Below are positions 10,601-16,766 of a stretch of DNA of 64,000 nt, piece by piece (position 1 is the stretch's first letter; each line of letters begins with the position of its first letter). A program made the position numbers and the translations under genes. The stretch comes from Gaiellaceae bacterium (lineage in GTDB: Bacteria > Actinomycetota > Thermoleophilia > Gaiellales > Gaiellaceae), in the NCBI GenBank assembly GCA_036258155.1, contig DATAEF010000007.1, forward strand, positions 16,250 through 80,249, given 5' to 3'. The notes below the pieces were generated by a model. That model had not been told where the DNA came from, made no database searches, and saw only the letters and a list, made by a program, of their open reading frames with translations.

Positions 10601-10956
10601 TGGGCGGCGGTGAGCAGGCGGCAGAGGTTCGCGTACCCGCGCCTCGACTCGACGAGCAGTGTCACATGAGCACCGCCTGTTCCCGCTCCACTGCCGGCAA
10701 AGCCGGCACCTCCGCTAGTGGGCGGCTCCGTCGAGCCTACGCCGCTGAGCGTCATCTCGGCGCCGGTGATCGGCCGCACGCCGAGCCCCTTCGCCGCATG
10801 CGCGAACTCGAGGGAGCCGTAGATGCCGTCGTGGTCGGTGAGTGCGAGCGCCCCGTACCCGAGCTCGGCCGCGCGGGCGGCGAGCTCCTCAGGCTGCGAC
10901 GCTCCGTCGAGAAACGAATAGGCCGAGTGACAGTGCAGCTCCACGTACCCGACCAT
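7654..10956 (-). CDS. dnaE2: error-prone DNA polymerase III alpha-type subunit DnaE2 (ImuC)
   Basis: 1100 aa. PHP domain MVGYVELHCHSAYSFLDGASQPEELAARAAELGYGALALTDHDGIYG. The Pol III alpha core runs throughout and there is no tau/beta C-terminal extension. imuB lies nearby. Confidence 0.9.
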   Translation of the reverse strand: MVGYVELHCHSAYSFLDGASQPEELAARAAELGYGALALTDHDGIYGSLEFAHAAKGLGVRPITGAEMTLSGVGSTEPPTSGGAGFAGSGAGTGGAHVTLLVESRRGYANLCRLLTAAHAGTRRAGREDREPLPPSVSLELVSELSEGLVCLSGCARRGLGVVDPNAAAVLAAVFGRERFLVELQRPFERGDARRLALLRDLAEHLGVDTVATGDVHSHHPRRTLLQDVLVAIRCRTSLEGCEPERRGNRESYLRSPAETLERFSFDRAAAERSAILAERLEFDLTEELGYHYPDFSDGEEPAIRQLATICRRAIDERYPACDRLLRRKARARLEDELRLIDELGLAGFFLLHHEVLELAREAAREVRGLDSPRSFLPPGRGRGSSVGSIVCYLTGLSHVDPVSNELSLGRFLNRELASVPDIDLDFPRDIREKLIVAVTERYGREHAALVASFATYRSRGAIRDVGKALGLPFAELERLARLSDGWDARRVGEEVARLPDGGRKLESRRWRAFAWLAGEIAGLPRHVSQHPGGMIVSTRPLIELVPVQPAAMAGRQLCQWDKDSCADAGFLKIDLLGLGMLSAVEDCVEQIARTHDEVIDLSRIPFDDAAVFDEIQRADTVGAFQIESRAQMQSLLRTKPENLDDLTVQVALVRPGPIQGKAVHPYIDARQRLREDPSYVWPVDHELLREPLRSTFGVVVFQDQVLEVAIALAGFTVGEAEGLRRAMSRKRSHDALEAYRGRFVVGAGEKGVDMETADMVFDKLVGFSGFGFPKAHAAAFGLLAYQSQWLRHYHPAEFLCALLNAQPMGFYPPATLVRDAQRHGVDVRPADVNLSAARCVIEDSGVRIGISYISSVGENEAEALVAERKAHGSFRGIADLARRAPLSRDELEALVKGGACDGLNLPRRELLWELGLVFREQSVPGTGGEAKQLPLSLEPTAETPSLRDLTRWERMLADYKHTGMSVGTHPLALLRPHLPPKTLSSAELHEQRHGRHVAVAGMTVARQRPSTANGIVFMLLEDEHGQVNLIVQPHVYERHRATVRAEPLVLARGRYERVGENRNVLVSELESLGPLARQVADNETVWESLPRPHSFGRRS
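10674..10745 (-). repeat. 72-nt palindromic repeat, copy A, translated in frame inside dnaE2
   Basis: The reverse complement is 65/72 identical to 11446..11517 by hand alignment. It encodes SGVGSTEPPTSGGAGFAGSGAGTG between ITGAEMTL and AHVTLLVESRRGY. Confidence 0.75.
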
Positions 10957-10970
10957 TAGGCTGAGACTCC

Positions 10971-11921
10971 TTGGAGCAGGTGCTTCCCGCGATCCGCGAG
11001 GGCGAGCGCATCGCCGGCGACGGCGAGCTCGGTGTCACGCTTCTCGCCGACCTCGACGAGATCGGGATCGTGGACGTTCGGGCGAAGCCGAGCGACTCGA
11101 CCCCGCCTCTTCACTTCCACGAGCGCCACGCGGAGTGCTTCCTCGTCCTCGACGGTGAGATCAGGCTCCGACTCGAGGACCGCGAGCTCCAGGCCGGGCC
11201 GGAGACATGGGTCCTCGTGCCGCCGGGAGTCCTCCACACGTTCGGCGTCTCCGGGGACTCCATCGCTCACTTCCTGAACATCCACGTGCCGAGCTGCGGC
11301 TTCGGCGACTTCGTCCGTGGGCTCCACGCCGCCGAGAGCGAGGAGGAGCTGCGCGCCGTCCGAGCCGCCTTCGACCAGCAACCCGCCCCGGAGTACGCAT
11401 CGGCCGATCCCGGGCTCGTCATCCACCGCCGTGCGGGAGGATCTGGCGACGTAGGCTCGACGGAGCCGCCCAAGAGCGCAGGTGCCGGCTTTGCCGGCGC
11501 CGGAGCGGGAACAGGCGAGACGATCACGGCCCGGCCCGAACGTCGAGCGACCATACTCGTGGACGCCGACGAGCTCGTGGTGAGTGAGTTCTCCTACGGG
11601 CCCGGCGAGCGAGGGGCGAAGCTGCACGTCCATCGCCACCATGCCGACGGGTTCCTCGTCGTCGAGGGCGAGTTCACGTTTGCCTCTCGTGACGGATCGG
11701 TCGCCGGGCCGGGGGGAACACTCCTTCTCTTTCCCCCCGGCGTCGTCCACGGCTTCGACAACGACAGCTCCGCGAATGCGCGCTGCTTCAACCTCCACAT
11801 GCCGTCGAGCGGATTCGCCGACTACCTGCGCGGGCGCAATCCGGAGTTCGACCAGCACGACCCTCCGGCCGACGGCGGCGCCGACCCGGCGTCCGCGGTC
11901 GCCGTGCGTCTCCCCGAGTAG
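10971..11921 (+). CDS. bicupin protein (two cupin barrels), function unknown
   Basis: Two cupin cores: PPLHFHERHAECFLVLDGEIRLRL...LVPPGVLHTF and KLHVHRHHADGFLVVEGEFTF...LFPPGVVHGF. Each is followed by FLNIHVPSCGFGDF / FNLHMPSSGFADY. The TTG start is uncertain. Confidence 0.7.
   Translation: MEQVLPAIREGERIAGDGELGVTLLADLDEIGIVDVRAKPSDSTPPLHFHERHAECFLVLDGEIRLRLEDRELQAGPETWVLVPPGVLHTFGVSGDSIAHFLNIHVPSCGFGDFVRGLHAAESEEELRAVRAAFDQQPAPEYASADPGLVIHRRAGGSGDVGSTEPPKSAGAGFAGAGAGTGETITARPERRATILVDADELVVSEFSYGPGERGAKLHVHRHHADGFLVVEGEFTFASRDGSVAGPGGTLLLFPPGVVHGFDNDSSANARCFNLHMPSSGFADYLRGRNPEFDQHDPPADGGADPASAVAVRLPE
11446..11517 (+). repeat. 72-nt palindromic repeat, copy B, translated in frame in the inter-cupin linker
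   Basis: GCGACGTAGGCTCGACGGAGCCGCCCAAGAGCGCAGGTGCCGGCTTTGCCGGCGCCGGAGCGGGAACAGGCG encodes GDVGSTEPPKSAGAGFAGAGAGTG. It contains the hairpin GGTGCCGGC-TTT-GCCGGC. Confidence 0.75.
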
Positions 11922-11930
11922 GGTGACGAC

Positions 11931-12224
11931 ATGACCTGGGAGGAGCTCGTCGCAGATGTGACCGCACGGCATCCGCTCAAGGAGTCGAAGATGTTCGGGA
12001 TGCCATGCCTGAAGCGAGAGAACGGCAAGGTCGTCGCCGGTCACTGGAAGGATGGCGGTCTCACGGTCAAGCTCACGGACGAGGCGGCCCGCGAGCAGGC
12101 GCTCACGCTCCCCGGCGTCGAACTCTTCGATCCCGGCATGGGCCGCGTCATGCGCGAGTGGGTGCTCGTGCCCGCTTCGCAGTCCGGCGAGTGGAAGCGG
12201 CTCGTCGAGCTGGCAATCGCCTAG
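11931..12224 (+). CDS. TfoX/Sxy N-terminal-domain family protein
   Basis: KESKMFGMPCLKRENGKVVAGHWKDGGLTVKLTDEAAREQALTLPGVELFDPGMGRVMREWVLVP resembles the TfoX_N pattern (MFG..., K-V/L-K, P-F...m..w..vp) as I recall it. Confidence 0.55.
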   Translation: MTWEELVADVTARHPLKESKMFGMPCLKRENGKVVAGHWKDGGLTVKLTDEAAREQALTLPGVELFDPGMGRVMREWVLVPASQSGEWKRLVELAIA

Positions 12225-12391
12225 GCGTTCTGGGTGAACCAGCAACTCTGCTCGCGATCTCGGTAGACGCAGACGTTCCGTCCGCTCTCGAGCACGACCT
12301 CGAAATAGCGCCGATCGACCGGATCCTCCGTCCACCAGCGATCGACGACACGCCACTCCTCGCGCACGAGTGTCACCTGCTCGCGGTTCAC
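12221..12391 (-). CDS. small Trp-rich protein immediately downstream of imuB, function unknown
   Basis: From GTG 12391: MNREQVTLVREEWRVVDRWWTEDPVDRRYFEVVLESGRNVCVYRDREQSCWFTQNA. The composition is protein-like, unlike the Arg/Gly-rich upstream part of track ORF 12221..12760. The start is uncertain. Confidence 0.45.
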   Translation of the reverse strand: MNREQVTLVREEWRVVDRWWTEDPVDRRYFEVVLESGRNVCVYRDREQSCWFTQNA

Positions 12392-12444
12392 GAATCGTGG
12401 CGTCTCGCCCGGCCCGGTCTCGACGAGCGCCGCCCGCGGCGCGT

Positions 12445-13638
12445 TCAGTCGTCCCGCGGAACGACGAGCGCTCGCGCTTCCGGAACCCGCGACCACGGCG
12501 CCACCTCCACCACAGCGCACACCGAACCTGTCCCCGTGCTGGCTCGCACCTGCCGCAGGCCCTCCCGCAGGCGTCCGACCGCCTCCTCCCCGGCCGGCTC
12601 CACGAGCGTGAGCTGCTGCCCCATGTGCTCCGCGAGCTCGACGGTCTCGAGGCGAAGCTCGAGGATCGGAGCAGGGAGCTCCGAGAGCTTGGGCCCGAGC
12701 GCCGCACGCAGGCGCCCCAGCTCCGCCGTCGCGTCGCGAAGGGTGATCGCCCGCCGCCACGACCCACCGTCGACGAGCCGGGCGGCCAGCGCGAGTTTTC
12801 GAAACGGCCGCCCGGCCCGTTCTGGGCGCGCGAGCAGGCGCTCGAGGAGGGAGCCGAGCGCCCGTCGCAGCGTGAGCTCGTTCGCGACGGCTTCCGGAAA
12901 GACGAGTGCCTCGACGAGCTCCGCTGCGGGCCTACGGCCGCGCACTCTTGCTCGCCGGCCTCCGTGCGCGAGCCGCCACGCATTTCTCCCCTCCACTCCG
13001 AGTCTTTCCGCGACCGCTCCTCCGGGGAGCTGTGCGAGCTCGCCGAGCCTGCGCAGGCCGAGCCCTTCTAGCTCCGCGTAGCGGTCGGAGGTCATGGGAA
13101 GCAGTGAGAGCGGCAGCGGCTCGAGGAACGCCTGCTCGTCCTGCGCCGCCACGATCAGGATCTGACCGGCACGCGCGACGCTCGCTGCCGCGAGAGCCGT
13201 GAAGCGACGTCCGGCGGCGCCGATGCGCGAGTCCCAGGTGGAGCCGACCGCGGCGAGCGCGCGCTCGAGCGCAGGCTGCACCCCCCCGTACAGTCGCTCC
13301 ACCCCCCGCGTCTCGAAGACGACAGCGCCCTGATCGGACGGATCGACCGCGAAGCCCGCGTCCTCGAGTCGCAGGAGCACCCCCTCCCACTCCCTCTCGA
13401 CGGCCGCCGGATCGCGGTCGACGAGAACGAGAGACGGGCACGTCGCGAGCGCCTCCCCCAGCCGCATCCCCGGTTTCACGCCGGCCGCCTCCGCAGCGCC
13501 GGTCACCGGGCCGAGGAGCGGCTCCTCCCCCGCCTCCGGTGCGAGCGCCGCGGGAACGAGTGCGAGCCGCGGAAGCGCGCGCAGTGCCACTCTCAGCTCG
13601 AACCCGGGAATGAGGAGGTATGCGATCACGGGGAACAC
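12445..13638 (-). CDS. imuB: Y-family-polymerase-like mutasome subunit ImuB
   Basis: MFPVIAYLLIPGFELRVALRALP...AVVFETRGVERLYGG. It looks like a Y-family fold, but the position of the catalytic D-M-D motif reads IPGFEL, as expected for non-catalytic ImuB. LexA boxes lie at its 5' end and dnaE2 is nearby. Confidence 0.8.
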   Translation of the reverse strand: MFPVIAYLLIPGFELRVALRALPRLALVPAALAPEAGEEPLLGPVTGAAEAAGVKPGMRLGEALATCPSLVLVDRDPAAVEREWEGVLLRLEDAGFAVDPSDQGAVVFETRGVERLYGGVQPALERALAAVGSTWDSRIGAAGRRFTALAAASVARAGQILIVAAQDEQAFLEPLPLSLLPMTSDRYAELEGLGLRRLGELAQLPGGAVAERLGVEGRNAWRLAHGGRRARVRGRRPAAELVEALVFPEAVANELTLRRALGSLLERLLARPERAGRPFRKLALAARLVDGGSWRRAITLRDATAELGRLRAALGPKLSELPAPILELRLETVELAEHMGQQLTLVEPAGEEAVGRLREGLRQVRASTGTGSVCAVVEVAPWSRVPEARALVVPRDD

Positions 13639-13661
13639 ATGTTCTATACGAACACATGTTC
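13633..13661. promoter_or_regulatory. two tandem LexA (SOS) boxes, GAACACATGTTC x2
   Basis: GAACACATGTTC occurs at 13633-13644 and 13650-13661. Both are perfect matches to the GAAC-N4-GTTC consensus of Gram-positive/actinobacterial LexA. The first overlaps the imuB GTG start. Confidence 0.75.
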
Positions 13662-13670
13662 TCCTGTCAA
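13643..13670 (-). promoter_or_regulatory. putative sigma-A-type promoter of imuB (TTGACA-16 nt-TATAGA)
   Basis: The minus strand reads TTGACAGGAGAACATGTGTTCGTATAGAACATGTG. The -35 is a perfect TTGACA and the -10-like hexamer is TATAGA. The GTG start lies about 5 nt downstream. Confidence 0.5.
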
Positions 13671-13690
13671 GCGAAGCCGTGTACCTCGGA

Positions 13691-14050
13691 CTAAACGCGC
13701 TGCAGGTGCGTGTCCCTGAAAGCGGTCGGGTACTTGAGCCCGTAGCCGAGCAGGCGGTCCAGGCCGATATGCGCGACCCAGATCAGGGCGATCTGCGTCG
13801 CGAGGCTCGATTCGCCGAGGATGCCTGCGACACCGAGGGCGATCGGCAGCGTGTACGTGTGCACGACGTCGTACGTGAGCGCGCCTATACGCGGACCACC
13901 GAGGTAGCCCATCATCGAGAGGTCGGGCGCGAGGAACAGGACGAGGAGGAGAAGCCAGCCGTAGCTCGCGTCGAAGTAGAGGACGATGGCGCCGGTCAGC
14001 ACCGCGAGTCCCTCCAGGTGCAGCAGCCGTCGAGGCAGGTGCTCCAGCAT
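13691..14050 (-). CDS. DUF4260-like small integral membrane protein
   Basis: 119 aa: LLHLEGLAVLTGAIVLYFDASYGWLLLLVLFLAPDLSMMGYLGGPRIGALTYDVVHTYTLP. Several TM segments. The family was recalled from memory. Confidence 0.55.
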   Translation of the reverse strand: MLEHLPRRLLHLEGLAVLTGAIVLYFDASYGWLLLLVLFLAPDLSMMGYLGGPRIGALTYDVVHTYTLPIALGVAGILGESSLATQIALIWVAHIGLDRLLGYGLKYPTAFRDTHLQRV

Positions 14051-14802
14051 CAGGTCGCTCCTCTCTTCTCAGCGCGGAAACACTGAGTGGCATAGGCGAG
14101 GCGGACGCCGCCTCGCCCGGCCGTCTCGTCGTAGAGCGCCCCGACCGCATCCAGGACCGGCTCGCGATCAGCGGGCGGAAGCTTCGCGCAGTAGCTCCGC
14201 GAGAGGACGAGGTCGAGAAGCCCGTCCCGATCCAGCACCTGCTCGAATGCGAACTCCGAGACCTCGACCGGGCCGAACAGCCCATTCGACTCGAGTACGG
14301 GGAAGACGTCGGTCTCCTGGACCGTCTCGTTCCCGATGATCGCGGAGAGGCGCGCCATCCACGGGTCGCGGTCGTCACGAGAGTTCCAAACGAGCGCAAG
14401 CCGTCCGCCGCCTGTCCGAAGAACCCGCGCTATCTCTGGAAGCGCAACGGCGTGGTCGAACCAGTGGAAGGCCTGTCCGCAGGTGACGACGTCCGCCGAC
14501 GCGTCCGACAGCGGAATCGACTCGGCGCTCCCTGCGAGTGCCCTCACACCGGGAAGAGCGGCCTCGAGCTCGGCCCGCATCTCGGCGAGCGGCTCGACTG
14601 CGGTCACGCGGTGCCCGATGGCGACGAGCCCCCGTGTCAGCTTTCCGGTGCCTGCGCCGAGGTCGACGACATCGCACGGCGGGTCACCGGCAAGCCAGCG
14701 AACGGCCTCCTCCGGGTACCCGGGGCGTCCGCGCTCGTACGCGTCCGCGACCTTCGCGAACGAGGACGGCGGACCACGTCGCTCGTCCCGATGCACGACC
14801 AT
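14050..14802 (-). CDS. class I SAM-dependent methyltransferase
   Basis: From the internal ATG: MVVHRDERRGPPSSFAKVADAYERGRPGYPEEAV...DVVDLGAGTGKLT (motif I)...VTCGQAFHWFD...GGRLALVWN. Confidence 0.8.
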   Translation of the reverse strand: MVVHRDERRGPPSSFAKVADAYERGRPGYPEEAVRWLAGDPPCDVVDLGAGTGKLTRGLVAIGHRVTAVEPLAEMRAELEAALPGVRALAGSAESIPLSDASADVVTCGQAFHWFDHAVALPEIARVLRTGGGRLALVWNSRDDRDPWMARLSAIIGNETVQETDVFPVLESNGLFGPVEVSEFAFEQVLDRDGLLDLVLSRSYCAKLPPADREPVLDAVGALYDETAGRGGVRLAYATQCFRAEKRGAT

Positions 14803-14827
14803 CGGGCCACAGCCTACGCTCGGCTCC

Positions 14828-16108
14828 TCACCGAGAGTCGTCCTCCGCCGATGTCGGCAGCTCCCTGAGCCGCGGCACCGGAGAGGGGAGCAGCCAGAGG
14901 AATCCGAGCAGCGCACCGGTCACCCCGATCCAGAGCGCAGGCCGAAGGCCGATGGCGCTCCCGAGCAGGCCGCCCACGAGCGAACCAAAAACACGAACCC
15001 CGTAGTTGACGAACGTGTACGAACCGGAGACGCGGGAGCGGAGGCGATGTGGGATCACGGCGGCGAAGATCGAGCCCGCGCTGATGTCGAGCAGCATCAC
15101 ACCGAGCCCCGATCCGAACTCGGCGAGGAACAGGCACGCCAGCACCACCGCGTCCGATCCGGCCGCCAGCGGGACGAGCAGGAGCGGCGCGGTGAAGAGC
15201 ACACACCCGACGATGAGCGTCGGCCCGACGCCGATCCTGCGGGTCACCCGACCCGTGACCGCTGCACCGACGAGCGCTCCGACGGCGGCCGCACCCAGCA
15301 CCAGGCCGAGCGTCGCGGGCGAGACGTCGAGGGCCCGGGTCGCGTACAGGATGAACAGCGCGAAGAAGACGAAGTTGAAGAAGTTGATCGTCGCCGTGGC
15401 GAGGAGCGTCGCGCGCACGATGGGAGAGCGCGCCACCCACCGTAAGCCCACCAGTACGCCGCCTTGTTCGGGATCCGGCGGCGGCTCTTCCGGGTGAATC
15501 CGCGCGAGCAGCGCACCCGACCCCAGGAAGGAGAACGCGTCGAGGAGCAAGGCACCCGGGGCCGAGAATGCTTGAACGAGCAGGCCCGACACCGACGGCC
15601 CGGCAACCAACGAGAACGCGCGGCTTCCGTTGAGCAGGGAGTTGGCCTCGACGTACCGCTCGCGTGGGACGATGGCGACGAAGAGCGACGAGTCCGCTAC
15701 GCCGAACAGCACGGTGAGCACACCGGCCGCAAATGCGACGCCGTACAGCTGGCCGAGCGTGAGCACATCGAGCGCGTAAGCGGCGGGCACGGTGCAGAGC
15801 AGCGCTGCCCGCCCCACGTCTGTCGCGATCATCGTCTGCCGTCGCCGACCTCGACGGTCGACCCATGCACCCGCATGGAGCGCGAAGAGGAGATTCGGCG
15901 CAAGCTCCAATGCGGTGAGGTACCCCATCTGGGCGGCGTCGGCGTCGAGCACCAGCACCGCGACCAGCGGGAGCGCGAGGAGCGAGACCTGGTCGCCGAA
16001 GAGCGAGATCGTATGGGCACCCCAGTAGCTGCGGAAGACACCGCTCTCGCGCAGCAGTCGCGGGACCGCCCGGTGCGGCCGCGACCGGCCGGCCCGCACG
16101 ACCGTCAC
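14828..16108 (-). CDS. MFS transporter
   Basis: 426 aa, about 12 hydrophobic segments. FRSYWGAHTISLFGDQVSLLALPLVAV...AGAWVDRRGRRR is typical of MFS loop 2-3. There is a 4-nt overlap with the upstream regulator gene. Confidence 0.85.
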   Translation of the reverse strand: MTVVRAGRSRPHRAVPRLLRESGVFRSYWGAHTISLFGDQVSLLALPLVAVLVLDADAAQMGYLTALELAPNLLFALHAGAWVDRRGRRRQTMIATDVGRAALLCTVPAAYALDVLTLGQLYGVAFAAGVLTVLFGVADSSLFVAIVPRERYVEANSLLNGSRAFSLVAGPSVSGLLVQAFSAPGALLLDAFSFLGSGALLARIHPEEPPPDPEQGGVLVGLRWVARSPIVRATLLATATINFFNFVFFALFILYATRALDVSPATLGLVLGAAAVGALVGAAVTGRVTRRIGVGPTLIVGCVLFTAPLLLVPLAAGSDAVVLACLFLAEFGSGLGVMLLDISAGSIFAAVIPHRLRSRVSGSYTFVNYGVRVFGSLVGGLLGSAIGLRPALWIGVTGALLGFLWLLPSPVPRLRELPTSAEDDSR

Positions 16109-16671
16109 GGCTCTTCGTCCGGGAACGCGATCTGGAGTAGGGCGACGGCACGTGCCCCCGGGGGTCGAAGCCCCGGCCGAGCGGTTCGCTCGAGGTACTG
16201 CTCTGCCAACTCGGTGAGCGCGTCCCGAAGCTGGGCGAGCTCGTCAGCGGTGAGGTAGAGCAGGCTGTCGCCGTATGCGGCCGCCTCCTGCCACTCGAGA
16301 CTCTCGGTCGCTCGTCGTGCGAACCAGCGCTGGAGACGCTCGACGTAGCGTTCGAGAACGAATCGCTCGAGCAGGCGTGATGCATCGGCCAGCTCCGGCG
16401 TGGTCGACACGTTCGGCCATGCCGTGTACAGGGAGGTTGCGCGCCACGGGCGCTCGCGGCCACGTCCGCCACCTGCCTCCTCTACGAGCCCGAAGCGAGC
16501 GAGCTGGCGCAGGTGATACGAGGCGCTCCCCGAGCTTTCGCCGATCCTGCGGCCTGCTTCGGAGGCGCTCAGCGGTCCGTCGCGACGCAACAGGCCGAGG
16601 AGCCGAATCCGCACGGGGTGAGCGAGCGCACGCAGGGCGCCGGGATCCGTGAGCTCCGTCGCTCTCTTCAT
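16105..16671 (-). CDS. ArsR-family winged-helix transcriptional regulator
   Basis: From the internal ATG: MKRATELTDPGALRALAHPVRIRLLGLLRRDGPLSASEAGRRIGESSGSASYHLRQLARFGLVEE. Confidence 0.75.
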   Translation of the reverse strand: MKRATELTDPGALRALAHPVRIRLLGLLRRDGPLSASEAGRRIGESSGSASYHLRQLARFGLVEEAGGGRGRERPWRATSLYTAWPNVSTTPELADASRLLERFVLERYVERLQRWFARRATESLEWQEAAAYGDSLLYLTADELAQLRDALTELAEQYLERTARPGLRPPGARAVALLQIAFPDEEP

Positions 16672-16679
16672 GAAAAGAG

Positions 16680-16693
16680 ATCTTTGCAAAGAT
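16680..16693. promoter_or_regulatory. perfect 14-bp palindrome ATCTTTGCAAAGAT, candidate operator
   Basis: It lies 9 nt upstream of the ArsR-family start codon, in the 95-bp divergent region shared with the AraC-family gene. A partial extra half-site, TTCTTTGCA, follows. Confidence 0.5.
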
Positions 16694-16766
16694 TTCTTTG
16701 CACTGCTGGCCAACCGCTCGCGCAGCTGCCTGCCGACTATTTCCGGGGGACGTAGTCCTAGTGGAC

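Noticed and set aside
8023-12983. Very long ORFs in the track with Arg/Ala/Gly/Pro-rich translations. Examples: 8023..10245 +, 10956..12983 -, 21435..23762 +, 31600..33216 -, 30725..32050 +, 50960..52288 +, 14814..16472 -.
   Set aside because: They lie antisense or out of frame to genes with clear motif-level identity, and they have the low-complexity R/A/P/G composition expected from stop-poor frames in high-GC DNA. Only their short terminal parts were kept where those parts looked like real small genes.
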